From an uncultured delta proteobacterium (GTDB lineage: Bacteria; Myxococcota; Myxococcia; Myxococcales; Myxococcaceae): a stretch of 64,000 nucleotides of DNA. Below the pieces are notes generated by a model, which did not search any database, had not been told where the DNA came from, and worked only from the letters and a program-made list of their open reading frames with translations. Within the stretch, counting starts at the first letter, position 1. The number at the start of each line of letters is the position of its first letter. Of the stretch, positions 1 to 11,728 are shown piece after piece. The translations under genes were made by a program, and so were the position numbers. The stretch is taken from assembly GCA_963745475.1 (NCBI GenBank), contig CAVUXN010000004.1, positions 96,001 to 160,000 of the forward strand, read 5' to 3'.

Positions 1-254
1 TCCGAGCCGCCGACGAAGCGTCCCCGGATGAAGACTTGGGGGATGGTGGGCCAGCGGGTGAACTCCTTGATGCCGTCACGGAGGTCAGGCTCGGCGAGCA
101 CGTCGATGCCATGCACCGGCCCGTAGGCGGACAACGTCTGGACGGCCGCCGCCGAGAAGCCGCACCGCGGAAAAAGCGGGTTGCCTTTCATGAAGACAAC
201 CACCGGATGCTTCTGAATTTCAGCTTCGATGCGGGTCTTCAGCTCGGGCGTCAT
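1..254 (-). CDS. grxD: Monothiol glutaredoxin Grx4/GrxD (3' end runs off the window)
   Basis: Manual translation MTPELKTRIEAEIQKHPVVVFMKGNPLFPRCGFS...WPTIPQVFIRGRFVGGS shows the CGFS, WPT-PQ and GG motifs; TGATG overlap with bolA; not in the ORF track. Confidence 0.95.
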   Translation of the reverse strand, partial: MTPELKTRIEAEIQKHPVVVFMKGNPLFPRCGFSAAAVQTLSAYGPVHGIDVLAEPDLRDGIKEFTRWPTIPQVFIRGRFVGGS

Positions 255-523
255 CAGGCAGTCCTTGGGCGGCTCTGGTGCCGCTTCCACTGTTCAGGGG
301 TGTAAGTCTTTAGCGCCAGCGCATGCAAGGCGCCGCTGTCCAGGACGTCTCGGAGGGGACCGTACACGGCTTGGTGCTGGTCGAGCATGGCCAGCCCTTC
401 GAAGGCCGACGTCACCACCCGGGCCTCGAAGTGGTCGCCCGTGCCGGTGAGGTCCCGCACCTCGACGTCGGCCCCGGGCAGGGCGGCGATGATGCGCTTC
501 TCCAGCTCCTTCGGGTCGAGCAT
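254..523 (-). CDS. bolA: BolA/IbaG family protein
   Basis: MLDPKELEKRI...GDHFEARVVTSAFEG...QHQAVY...LHALALKT; next to grxD. Confidence 0.92.
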   Translation of the reverse strand: MLDPKELEKRIIAALPGADVEVRDLTGTGDHFEARVVTSAFEGLAMLDQHQAVYGPLRDVLDSGALHALALKTYTPEQWKRHQSRPRTA

Positions 524-1086
524 CAGTTGGCTCCAGGTCCATTCAACCGCAACGCCGGGCTCTGCAGCATGGCAGGGTCGACCCCCATCTGCCGCAGCAC
601 CTCCTCCCAGAAGCCATCGGCGCCCCCGTGGAGCACCCGCTCCGCGCTGGCCTCGGTGAAGAGCCACGTCCCTTGGGCGAGCTCTCGCTCCAGCTGCTGC
701 GGCCCCCAGCCGGCGTAGCCGAGAAAGAAGCGAAGCACGCCCGCGTCTACCCCCAATAACTGTTCCAGGGCGTCCACCGTTTCGGAAAGGTAGAGCCCGG
801 GGGCGAGCTGTCGCTTCTCTACCAGGCCCACACGGTCATGAAGGACGAGCCCGCGCTGCGGCTCCACTGGGCCCCCGGCATACACCACCTGCCGGCCGAG
901 CCTCGGCGCCACCGGCAGCGATTGCCCGCGGGCGACGTCTTCCAACGTCACCCGCGTCGGTCTGTTAAGCACGACACCCCGGGCACCTTCGGCGCCGTGC
1001 TGGAGAATGAGGACCACCGCCCGGTGGAAATTCGGGTCCCCCAGCTGAGGCATGGCAATGAGTAAACCAGAGGAGAGCCGCTCCAT
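523..1086 (-). CDS. YqgE/AlgH family protein (DUF179)
   Basis: LLIAMPQLGDPNFHRAVV, GGPVEP, GYAGWGPQQLERE motifs; start trimmed to ATG at 1086. Confidence 0.92.
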   Translation of the reverse strand: MERLSSGLLIAMPQLGDPNFHRAVVLILQHGAEGARGVVLNRPTRVTLEDVARGQSLPVAPRLGRQVVYAGGPVEPQRGLVLHDRVGLVEKRQLAPGLYLSETVDALEQLLGVDAGVLRFFLGYAGWGPQQLERELAQGTWLFTEASAERVLHGGADGFWEEVLRQMGVDPAMLQSPALRLNGPGAN

Positions 1087-1164
1087 CGTCGTGAGGCCGG
1101 AGTCTAGACCGTGGCCGGCCGCGGGTGGAGGCTCGTCCGCTACCCAACTGTCCAAAGGAGTCCC

Positions 1165-2187
1165 ATGCGTGCCCTGACAACTCCCCATTTTGGCGGCCCG
1201 GACGTCCTCGAAGTCCGCACCCTCCCGGACCCCGTCCCAGCTAAGGGACAGCTTCGCATCCGAGTCGCACGGGCCGGCCTCAACTTCGCGGACGTCAACG
1301 CCCGGGTGGGCTTGTACCCGGACGCTCCCAAGCCGCCCATGGTGGTGGGCTATGAGGTCTCGGGGACGGTGGATGCGCTCGGCCCCGGCGTCTCGTCGCC
1401 CGCGGTCGGGACGCCTGTCCTGGCCTTGACGGATTTCGGCGGCCAGGCCACCCATGCCCTCGCCGACGCGCGCGTCACGACTCCCATTCCGGCCGGGATG
1501 ACGCTGGACCAGGCAGCCGCCCTCCCCGTCAACTACGTCACCGCGCACCACCTGCTGCACCGGGTGGGGGCGCTCCAGCCAGGGCGCTCGGTGCTGGTCC
1601 ACTCGGCGGCCGGAGGCGTCGGCCTGGCCGTCATCCAGCTGGCTCGGGCGGTGGGCAACGTGACGCTGTTTGGGACGGCCTCCGCCTCCAAGCACGCCTT
1701 TCTGCGCGAGGCCGGCCTGCAGTACCCCATCGACTACCGGACGTCGGACTGGGCCGAGGAAGTGAAGAGGCTCACCCAAGGTAGAGGCGTCGACCTCATC
1801 CTCGACCCCTTGGGGGGCGAGGACACCAAGCGCGGCTACCGCTCGCTGGCTCCCGTGGGCCACCTCGTCTGTTTCGGCTTCTCCAATGTCATCTCGGGCT
1901 CCAAGCGCAGCTGGCCCCATGTGCTGTGGCAGCTCAGCAAGATGCAGCGCTACAGCCCCATGCAGCTCATGGCCGACAACCGCTCCGTGTCTGGCGTCAA
2001 CCTGAAGCACCTCTTCGCCGAGGTGACGCTTCTCGGCGATGTCATGAAGGACCTCTTGAGGCTCTTTCAAACCGGCAAAATCTCTCCCCACGTGGACCGC
2101 GTCTTTCCATTGTCCGAAGGAGCTGCGGCCCATCGCTTCCTTCAGGAGCGGCGCAACGTGGGCAAAGTCCTCTTCGACTGCACGTAG
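1165..2187 (+). CDS. Medium-chain dehydrogenase/reductase, NADPH:quinone oxidoreductase (VAT-1-like)
   Basis: GLNFAD, GYEVSG, HSAAGGVG, terminal GKVL; AAGGAG RBS before ATG 1165. Confidence 0.9.
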   Translation: MRALTTPHFGGPDVLEVRTLPDPVPAKGQLRIRVARAGLNFADVNARVGLYPDAPKPPMVVGYEVSGTVDALGPGVSSPAVGTPVLALTDFGGQATHALADARVTTPIPAGMTLDQAAALPVNYVTAHHLLHRVGALQPGRSVLVHSAAGGVGLAVIQLARAVGNVTLFGTASASKHAFLREAGLQYPIDYRTSDWAEEVKRLTQGRGVDLILDPLGGEDTKRGYRSLAPVGHLVCFGFSNVISGSKRSWPHVLWQLSKMQRYSPMQLMADNRSVSGVNLKHLFAEVTLLGDVMKDLLRLFQTGKISPHVDRVFPLSEGAAAHRFLQERRNVGKVLFDCT

Positions 2188-2218
2188 CGCTCGAGCCCAT
2201 CCGCTGTGGGCGCGCAAA

Positions 2219-2248
2219 CGAACCGTTTCCGGCCCCTCCGGGCTCTCA
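2219..2248 (+). promoter_or_regulatory. Putative ECF promoter 1 (osmC-ecf operon)
   Basis: CGAACC-N16-GGCTCTCA; one of four copies. Confidence 0.75.
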
Positions 2249-2268
2249 AGAGACTGGAGACCACGCCG

Positions 2269-2700
2269 ATGTCCATTTCCAAAGAGATTCTAGTTACCCT
2301 GCCGGGCGGCCGACGCGTCGATGCCTCCGTTGGCTCGCATGTGGTGCGAACGGACCAACCCCAGGACAGAGGCGGCGAAAACTCCGCGCCCTCGCCGTTC
2401 GACCTCTTCCTAGCCTCTCTTGGCACCTGCGCTGGCATCTTCGTCCAAGGGTTTTGTGCCGGGCGCGGCATCCGAGCGGATGACATTCGCATCCGAGAAA
2501 CGGTCGAGCTGGATGGGGAGGGCAAGCTTCAGACGGTTCGCTTGGAGCTGGAGTTGCCGGCAGATTTCCCGGAGAAATACCGCGAAGCCCTCGTCCGCGC
2601 GGTGGACCAATGCTCGGTGAAGCGCGCCATCCAGGCCCAGCCCAGATTCGAAGTCCGGACCAAGGCAGCGCGGCCCAAGGGCATCGCCGTCACTGCGTGA
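2269..2700 (+). CDS. OsmC family protein
   Basis: TDQP, PSPFDLFLASLGTC and DQCSVK two-Cys pattern; GGAG RBS. Confidence 0.9.
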   Translation: MSISKEILVTLPGGRRVDASVGSHVVRTDQPQDRGGENSAPSPFDLFLASLGTCAGIFVQGFCAGRGIRADDIRIRETVELDGEGKLQTVRLELELPADFPEKYREALVRAVDQCSVKRAIQAQPRFEVRTKAARPKGIAVTA

Positions 2701-3530
2701 ACGGCGCTAGGCTGCCGGGCGGGATGCCCCGTACGGATGCCGAGCTTCTCCTCGCCGCCAGGAGCGGAGACGCCGGGGCCATGGACGAGGTCCTAGCCAG
2801 GCACGAGAAGCAGGTTTTCCGCTTCGGCCTGAGGATGTGCGGCTCCGAGGAAGATGCCCGTGACGTCCTTCAGGAAACGCTGATCGCCGCCTTCCGCGGG
2901 CTCCCCGAGTTTCGGGGCGAGGCGGACCTCTCCACCTGGCTCTACCAGATTGCGCGCAGCTTCTGCATCAAGGCCCGGCGTCGACAAGTCGGCGAGCCCG
3001 CGGAGACTGTCCCACTGGACGCACCCGAGGCGCAGAGCGTGCAAGGCGAGGCCCCCGTCGCGGATGCGCAGGTGCATGCGCGGGAGATTGGCGACGTGCT
3101 TCAAGCGGCAATCCTCTCGCTGCCCATCAGCCACCGCGAAGTCATTGTGCTCAAGGACGTGGAGGGTCTCAGTGCCGAGGAAGTCGCGCGGGTCCTCCAC
3201 GAGGACGTGGCTGCTGTGAAAAGTCGGCTGCACCGGGCCCGCGCTGGTCTCCGTCAGGCGGTGGTTACGTTGCTCGAGCCGGAAGGCTGGGCGCAAGCCA
3301 CCGAGCCCTGCCCCGAGCTCAGCGACGAATTGTCGAGCTATGCCGCAGGAGACATCGACCAGGCGACCTGCGCGCAAATTGAGGCCCACCTTGCCCACTG
3401 CGCCCGCTGCTCCGGCGCCTGCGAGATGCTGCAACGCACCGTCTCGCTGTGTCGGAGAATTCCCGGAGATTCGGTGCCTCCGGCGGTCCGCGCCGCCGTG
3501 CGAGCCGCGCTCGGGATTGGCGGAAAGTAG
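2697..3530 (+). CDS. ECF sigma factor with fused C-terminal zf-HC2 (ZAS-type) domain
   Basis: Sigma2 (DARDVLQET, STWLYQIA), sigma4 (VKSRLHRAR), then HLAHCARC; GTG overlaps osmC stop (alternative ATG 2724). Confidence 0.9.
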   Translation: MNGARLPGGMPRTDAELLLAARSGDAGAMDEVLARHEKQVFRFGLRMCGSEEDARDVLQETLIAAFRGLPEFRGEADLSTWLYQIARSFCIKARRRQVGEPAETVPLDAPEAQSVQGEAPVADAQVHAREIGDVLQAAILSLPISHREVIVLKDVEGLSAEEVARVLHEDVAAVKSRLHRARAGLRQAVVTLLEPEGWAQATEPCPELSDELSSYAAGDIDQATCAQIEAHLAHCARCSGACEMLQRTVSLCRRIPGDSVPPAVRAAVRAALGIGGK

Positions 3531-3561
3531 GGCCAGAATCAGTCGGAGGGCGCCCCAGCGT

Positions 3562-3591
3562 CGAATCCTTTGCGCCTGCTTCAGGCTCTGA
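3562..3591 (+). promoter_or_regulatory. Putative ECF promoter 2 (small Cys-rich gene)
   Basis: CGAATC-N16-GGCTCTGA. Confidence 0.75.
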
Positions 3592-3607
3592 CACATCAGG
3601 AGGAGCG

Positions 3608-3802
3608 ATGTGCCATCGAATGCTGTGTCGTCACTGCGGTAAGCCCACCTGGGCCGGATGTGGTGCCCACGTCGAGCAGGCGCTGGCGGGCGTCCCAAAA
3701 CAGGCTCGGTGTCGATGCCGCGAGGAGGCCCCCAAGACGGGCTTCCGGACGCACGAGACCTCGCTAAAACCCAAGTCCCGAAAGGTCTTCGGGTTTTTCT
3801 AG
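3608..3802 (+). CDS. Small Cys-rich protein (64 aa), possible metal binding
   Basis: MCHRMLCRHCGKPTWAGCGAHVEQAL...RCRC; strong AGGAGG RBS. Confidence 0.8.
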   Translation: MCHRMLCRHCGKPTWAGCGAHVEQALAGVPKQARCRCREEAPKTGFRTHETSLKPKSRKVFGFF

Positions 3803-3832
3803 AGAAGCGTCAGGGAAAACTGGCTCCGACCC

Positions 3833-4234
3833 TCAGGCCCGCTCCAGTGCGCGTACCAGCCGCTCGTCGGCTTCCTGGGCGATGGGCTGGAGCTGGGGGT
3901 TGTGGCCGACGCCCAGCATCGCTTGGGGCTTCACCACCTGGACGACGGACTCGCCTCGGTCGCCTTGAAACACCGTCACGTTGCAGGGGAGCAACAGGCC
4001 GACCGACAGGTCTGCGGTCAGCGCCCGATGCGCCAACCGCGGATTGCAGGCGCCGAGGATGACGTACCGTCGGAAGTCCTGGTCGAGCTTCTTCTTCAAC
4101 GTCGCCGCAACGTCGATGGTGGTCAGGATTCCAAAGCCTTCCTTCTTGAGGGATTCGGTGATGCGCTCGACGGCAGCCTCGAACGAAACTCCTTCCAGCG
4201 TCCGGGTGTACCCATAGTCGGTGGCGTAGGACAT
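3833..4234 (-). CDS. DUF302 domain protein
   Basis: GFGILTTID, ILGACNP, LLLPCNV motifs; GAGGAG RBS. Confidence 0.92.
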   Translation of the reverse strand: MSYATDYGYTRTLEGVSFEAAVERITESLKKEGFGILTTIDVAATLKKKLDQDFRRYVILGACNPRLAHRALTADLSVGLLLPCNVTVFQGDRGESVVQVVKPQAMLGVGHNPQLQPIAQEADERLVRALERA

Positions 4235-4273
4235 GGTGTGTCGCTCCTCGAGAGCCAAACGTCTCTCGTCAAG

Positions 4274-4302
4274 TGAGAGCCTGGAGATAGCCGGTCGGTT
4301 CG
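4274..4302 (-). promoter_or_regulatory. Putative ECF promoter 3 (DUF302)
   Basis: Minus strand CGAACC-N15-GGCTCTCA. Confidence 0.75.
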
Positions 4303-4400
4303 CCGGTTGCTGAGTATTGTCCCACCTGCCCGCCGTCCCAAAGGGCGCCACACCCTTGGGAGCGCAAAGTCTGCGCGCAGGGCCTAACAGCTTGTCCCGG

Positions 4401-4429
4401 CGAATCCTTCTGCTGCGTGGTGGCTCTCA
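4401..4429 (+). promoter_or_regulatory. Putative ECF promoter 4 (DUF2892)
   Basis: CGAATC-N15-GGCTCTCA. Confidence 0.75.
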
Positions 4430-4451
4430 CGCTTCGAAGGGAGCTCGCCTC

Positions 4452-4661
4452 GTGAAAACAAACGCGTCTGTGGTGGACCGAATTCTCCGGGTGTTGCTGG
4501 GGCTCGCTGTGGGAGTCTATTTCCTCGCAAGCCCGCACCCAGCGTGGGCACTCCTGGGCGTCCTCCCGCTCGCGACTGGCGTGGTGGGTTTCTGCCCGCT
4601 CTACCGAGTGATGGGATGGTCCACCCGGGCGGAAGGGTCAGCGTCTCAGGCCGAGACCTGA
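4452..4661 (+). CDS. DUF2892 (YgaP-like) small membrane protein
   Basis: N-x-x-x-x-DRILR and GFCPLY motifs, two hydrophobic segments; GTG start after GGGAG. Confidence 0.88.
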   Translation: MKTNASVVDRILRVLLGLAVGVYFLASPHPAWALLGVLPLATGVVGFCPLYRVMGWSTRAEGSASQAET

Positions 4662-4696
4662 GGCTTCCCGTAGGCCCGGTCAGGGCCTGGGTTGGC

Positions 4697-7124
<2,428 letters not shown>

Positions 7125-7186
7125 GAGTGTCGAGGCAAAAGAAGTCTACACCACCCCTCGGGAGTCGCCACGTCCTCGTCCGGCTG

Positions 7187-9370
7187 CTACGGAGCAGTAG
7201 GTGCCGGTACACCCAGCTGCGTGAAGAGGAAGGCCAGCAGGTCCACGGACTGGGCCACCGCTTGTTTCACCTGGTCAGAACCGCCGTGTCCGGCATTCTT
7301 CTCAATCCGAAGCAGGACCGGCAGGTGCGAGGCGGTGGCCGCCTGCACCCAGGCAGCGAACTTCCGGGCGTGCATCGGGTCGACCCGGTCGTCGTGGTCC
7401 GAGGACAACAGGAGCAAGGCGGGGTAGGCCTGGGCCGCCGCAACATGGTGGTAGGGCGAGTAGGCGTACAGCCAGCGGAAGTCTTGCTCGACCGAAGGGT
7501 CGCCATACTCCTCGGCCCAGGTGCGACCGCTCCCAAATTGGGTGTAGCGCACCATGTCCAAGAGGGGCACCGCGCACACCACCGCGCGGAACAGCTCGGG
7601 CCGCTGCACCATGGCCGCCCCCACCAAGAGTCCCCCATTGCTTCCGCCGAAAATGGCGATGCGCGCTGGGTCCGCCCACTTCTCCTGGCCCAGGGCCACC
7701 GCCCCAGCGATGAAGTCATCGAAGACGTTTTGCTTGTTTTGCAACATCCCGGCTTCATGCCACGCCTTGCCGTACTCCCCGCCGCCGCGGAGGTTGGTGA
7801 GGGCGTACACGCCGCCAGCGTCCAGCCAAGGAATGAGGGCTTTCAAAAAGCTGGGGGTCAAGCTGACGTCAAACCCGCCGTAACCGTAGAGGAGCGCCGG
7901 AGCGGTCCCATCCCGCGCCACGTCCTTCCGCTTGAGGATAAACATGGTGACGTCGGTACCGTCCTTGGACTTGTAGTGCACTTGTTCCGAGGTGTAGCGG
8001 CTCGCGTCCACCGGGACATTCACGCGCGCCCAGAGTGTCGTCGCCCCGGTGCGCACGTCCGTCCGGTACACCTCAAAGGCACGGGTGAAGGAGGTGAAGG
8101 AGTAGTAGGCCACCGGGTTGTCCTCGAGGCCGGAGAGGTTGGAAGCGGTTCCGAGCTCCGGCAGCGCCACTTCGCGGATGGGCTTTCCGAGCAACGTCAC
8201 CAGCCTCACCTCCGAGGTGGCTGCCTTGAGGTACTCGAGCGAGAGCATGCCCCCGACGACGGTGCTGCTCAGGAGCGTCGCTTGGGCGTCCTCGGGAACA
8301 ATCTCCTTCCAGGCGCTCCGCTGTGGCCGGTCGACGGAGACGCGAAACATCCGCTTGCGGGGGGCACCCTCGTCGGTGAGGACGTAGAGGTAGCCCTTCC
8401 AGACGTCCACCGCGTACGTGGCTTTCTGCCCCACCACCAGCGGCCGGAAGTCGCGGTCCCTGCCAAGCCGCTTGAAGTAGACGTCGTTGCGCGTCCAGCC
8501 GTGGATGACGGACACCAGCAGCACCCCGCCGTCGCGGGACAGGGACTGACTGAGGAAAGACGTGGCGTCGTGGGTCGCCCCGTGAATGAGCGTGTCCTGC
8601 GCCTGCGGACGGCCGAGGGTGTGGAAACGAATCTCGGTCAGGCCGGGCCGGTCGGCGACCGAGGTGCCCGGCGGGTTGGGAAGGTACTCGTAGTAGAAGC
8701 CGCGGCCGTCCGGCGTCCAGCTGGGTCCGGCGTATTTGGCACCTTCGAGGACATCCACCTCGGACCATTTCCCGCTCTCGACGTCCAGGACGTGCAACAC
8801 CGCTTCGTCGGCGTTGTTGGGCCTCTGGCTGAAGGCGAGGCGCTTGCCGTCCCAAGACGGGACCCAGACTCCGAGAGACGTCTTCCCGCCGTCCCAGCCG
8901 TTGGGGTCGAGGAGGACTCTCTCCGGCCCGCCGCTCCCGTCCCGAAGGAAGAGCGCGGCCTTTTCTTGGTGCGTGTCCCGCTTCAAGTAAAAGAGCCGGG
9001 CACCGCGCTCCACGGGCACGCCGATGGAATCCACGTAGAAGAGCGCTTCCAGCCGCTTGAGGAGCGCTGCGCGGCCGGGGAGCACGTCGAGATAGGCACG
9101 CGCCTCCTTGTCCTGGGCCGCCATCCACGCCTGCACCTCGGCGCTCTTCTCGTCCTCGAGCCAGCGGTACGGGTCGAGCACGCGTTGGCCGAAGAGGGTG
9201 TCGACGACGGGCGAGGCTCGGGTGGCAGGCGGGTTGGCCACCGGCGCCGACGGGGGAGCCGGTGTCGGGACAGACGGCGGAGCGTCAGCTTGTTTGCTCG
9301 AAGTCACGGGCTGGGAGGGCGTGGAACAGGCGAGGAGTCCGAAGGAAGCGAAGAGCCACAGGCGCAACAT
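7187..9370 (-). CDS. Prolyl oligopeptidase (S9A), predicted lipoprotein
   Basis: DPYRWLE, YGYGGF, GGSNGG, DDRV, AGHG; LLAC lipobox; AGGAG RBS. Confidence 0.93.
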   Translation of the reverse strand: MLRLWLFASFGLLACSTPSQPVTSSKQADAPPSVPTPAPPSAPVANPPATRASPVVDTLFGQRVLDPYRWLEDEKSAEVQAWMAAQDKEARAYLDVLPGRAALLKRLEALFYVDSIGVPVERGARLFYLKRDTHQEKAALFLRDGSGGPERVLLDPNGWDGGKTSLGVWVPSWDGKRLAFSQRPNNADEAVLHVLDVESGKWSEVDVLEGAKYAGPSWTPDGRGFYYEYLPNPPGTSVADRPGLTEIRFHTLGRPQAQDTLIHGATHDATSFLSQSLSRDGGVLLVSVIHGWTRNDVYFKRLGRDRDFRPLVVGQKATYAVDVWKGYLYVLTDEGAPRKRMFRVSVDRPQRSAWKEIVPEDAQATLLSSTVVGGMLSLEYLKAATSEVRLVTLLGKPIREVALPELGTASNLSGLEDNPVAYYSFTSFTRAFEVYRTDVRTGATTLWARVNVPVDASRYTSEQVHYKSKDGTDVTMFILKRKDVARDGTAPALLYGYGGFDVSLTPSFLKALIPWLDAGGVYALTNLRGGGEYGKAWHEAGMLQNKQNVFDDFIAGAVALGQEKWADPARIAIFGGSNGGLLVGAAMVQRPELFRAVVCAVPLLDMVRYTQFGSGRTWAEEYGDPSVEQDFRWLYAYSPYHHVAAAQAYPALLLLSSDHDDRVDPMHARKFAAWVQAATASHLPVLLRIEKNAGHGGSDQVKQAVAQSVDLLAFLFTQLGVPAPTAP

Positions 9371-9503
9371 GCGGATGTTTCTCCTAAGGCCGTGCCGGGA
9401 AATACAAGGCGGCGCACTCCAGCAGACCTCTTGAGTCCGAGCCAGCGTTGTTGCTCGGGTGGCAATGGCCCCCTCGGGCCGTGCGTAGTAGGAGGGGAGG
9501 CCC

Positions 9504-9791
9504 ATGGAAATTCAGCCCGTTGACTTGACTGCTCTCATCCCGGCCACTCTGGGCGTTCTCATCGTCCTGGTCCCGGTCATTGGCTTCACCGTGCGCTTCG
9601 CCATCAAACCCATTGTCGACGCGTTGTCGAGAGGCCGAGAAACGGCGGCGCCCGGTCGAGAGGTCGAGCTTCTCGCCGCCCGCGTTCGTGAGCTTGAGGA
9701 AGAAGTCATCCGTCTGAAGAATGCCGACCCCTACCGCGTCGGCTTGCCTGCAGGGACGGACCCGCTGCGCTCCGGCCAGGGCCGCGGCTAA
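9504..9791 (+). CDS. Small single-TM protein with coiled coil, hypothetical
   Basis: Strong GGAGG RBS; hydrophobic N-terminus, LAARVRELEEEV. Confidence 0.7.
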   Translation: MEIQPVDLTALIPATLGVLIVLVPVIGFTVRFAIKPIVDALSRGRETAAPGREVELLAARVRELEEEVIRLKNADPYRVGLPAGTDPLRSGQGRG

Positions 9792-9838
9792 GCGCCGCCT
9801 GTTGCGAGCCAGGGCTTCGGTGCGCCACGAGGCCACGT

Positions 9839-10333
9839 TTAGGGCAAGTCGCTGACGTCCTCGTCGCTTGCCAAGCACCGCACCGCGACGTCCACCGGGA
9901 CTTTCGCCTGCACGCTCGCCGTCACCAGGCGCACCAGCACCGAGCTGAGCTGCGCCTGGGCACGTTCCACGGCCTCCGGGCCGCGAGGGGTGACGAGGCT
10001 CAGCGAGAGGGCACAGGCGCACACGCCGTGAGCGGCGCGGACCAAGAGTTCCGGCGCCGCGTGGGCGCGCGCGATTTTTTCGAGCGCGAACATGCATTGG
10101 CGGACAGCCTCACCGTCCGAGAGGGCGGGCAGCTCGCGCACCGCGCGGGCGGCGGCGGCCACCCCCGCGGCCTCAAAGGCCAGCGGGAGCAGCCGGCGGA
10201 CGGCGCGGTCCGAGAACCGTAACGCGTCGGCGTCGGGCGCGGCGGAGAGGCTCGACAGGGCGTGCGAGGGCAGCCACTCGCCGAGCTCCTCGAGGAGCCG
10301 ACTTCGAAAGGAGAGCTCCGAGCTGCCGGTCAG
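9839..10333 (-). CDS. Hypothetical helical protein downstream of clpX (start uncertain, GTG 10162 or CTG 10333)
   Basis: Frame stays open from 10162 up to a CTG overlapping the clpX TGA. Confidence 0.5.
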   Translation of the reverse strand: MTGSSELSFRSRLLEELGEWLPSHALSSLSAAPDADALRFSDRAVRRLLPLAFEAAGVAAAARAVRELPALSDGEAVRQCMFALEKIARAHAAPELLVRAAHGVCACALSLSLVTPRGPEAVERAQAQLSSVLVRLVTASVQAKVPVDVAVRCLASDEDVSDLP

Positions 10334-11604
10334 GCCGATTCCTTCTGTAGCTCCTCGTCCTTGTCCGAGGCGTGGAGAATGACTGGCTCGCTCTTCTTGT
10401 AGATGACTTCCTCGGAGATGACGACTTCGCTGGCCGTCTTCATCGAGGGGATGTCGTACATGACGTCCAGCATGGCCGTCTCGAGAATGGAACGCAGTCC
10501 GCGGGCGCCCGCCTTACGCCGGATGGCCTCATGGGCGATGGCCTTGAGGGCCCCTTCGGTGAATTTGAGCGCCACGCCGTCCAAGTCGAAGAGCTTCTTG
10601 TACTGTTTCACCAGCGCATTCTTCGGCTGACTGAGGATGCTCACCAGCGCCGGCTCGTCCAGCTCCTCGAGGGCGGTGACGATGGGAAGCCGGCCGATGA
10701 ATTCCGGAATCATCCCGTACTTGAGGAGGTCCTCCGGCTCGACGTGCTGCAAGAGCTCGCTGAGGTTGCGCTCCTTGCGCGTCTGGATGTCGGCGCCGAA
10801 CCCCAGGTTCCGCCCCCCCAGCCGCCGCTCAATAATCTGCTCCAGGCCCCCGAACGCACCTCCGCAGATGAAGAGGATGTTGGTGGTGTCGACTTGGAGG
10901 AATTCCTGTTGGGGGTGCTTCCGGCCCCCTTTGGGGGGCACGTTGGCGATGGTGCCCTCGATGATTTTGAGAAGCGCCTGCTGCACGCCCTCCCCGGAGA
11001 CGTCCCGAGTGATGGAGGGGTTCTCGCTCTTGCGGGCGATTTTATCGATTTCGTCGATGTAGACGATGCCCCGCTGAGCACGGTCGATGTCGTGGTCTGC
11101 TGCCTGGAGCAGGTTGACGATGATGTTCTCGACGTCCTCGCCCACGTAGCCCGCCTCGGTGAGGCAGGTGGCATCGGCGATGGTGAAGGGGACGTTGAGA
11201 ATGCGGGCCAGGGTTTGCGCGAGCAGCGTCTTGCCGCTGCCGGTGGGGCCGAGGAGCAGGATGTTGCTCTTCTGCAGCTCCACATCGTCCATCTGGACTT
11301 TGGACTCGATGCGCTTGTAGTGGTTGTGGACGGCGACGGCGAGGACCTTCTTCGCCCGCTCCTGGCCAACGACGTACTCGTCGAGGATGGTCTTGATTTC
11401 AGACGGGCGGGGAATGCGGAGCTTGGTGTCCTTGGTCTCCTCGCGGTCAATCTCCTCGGCGATGATGTCGTTGCACAGGCCGATGCACTCGTCGCAAATG
11501 TAGACCGTGGGGCCGGCGATGAGCTTCTTCACTTCCTTCTGCGACTTTCCGCAGAAGGAGCAAGACAGCGTCTGGTTGGCCTTCTCCACGTTCTTCCCTG
11601 CCAT
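10330..11604 (-). CDS. clpX: Clp protease ATP-binding subunit ClpX
   Basis: CSFCGK...CDEC zinc finger, [24 protein letters not shown]. Confidence 0.98.
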   Translation of the reverse strand: MAGKNVEKANQTLSCSFCGKSQKEVKKLIAGPTVYICDECIGLCNDIIAEEIDREETKDTKLRIPRPSEIKTILDEYVVGQERAKKVLAVAVHNHYKRIESKVQMDDVELQKSNILLLGPTGSGKTLLAQTLARILNVPFTIADATCLTEAGYVGEDVENIIVNLLQAADHDIDRAQRGIVYIDEIDKIARKSENPSITRDVSGEGVQQALLKIIEGTIANVPPKGGRKHPQQEFLQVDTTNILFICGGAFGGLEQIIERRLGGRNLGFGADIQTRKERNLSELLQHVEPEDLLKYGMIPEFIGRLPIVTALEELDEPALVSILSQPKNALVKQYKKLFDLDGVALKFTEGALKAIAHEAIRRKAGARGLRSILETAMLDVMYDIPSMKTASEVVISEEVIYKKSEPVILHASDKDEELQKESA

Positions 11605-11728
11605 GATGCCCTCGGGCGGTGCCTTGCCGGTCAGATGGTACGGGGGGATGGCAGCCAGGTCCACGCCCTGTCCATCCCCAATGCGAGTATTGGTCGGATA
11701 ACCGCTCCCACTTCACGCCGCAGCGCGC

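Noticed and set aside
1087..2217. Apparent 564-aa YqgE fusion
   Set aside because: The N-terminal extension is antisense to the MDR gene; the real start is ATG 1086
7127..9523. 798-aa plus-strand ORF and similar long ORFs (10372..11766, 23666..25672, 31049..33598, 48538..50418, 53062..54735, 59004..61202)
   Set aside because: Antisense shadows of well-supported genes, expected from high-GC codon bias; no recognisable motifs
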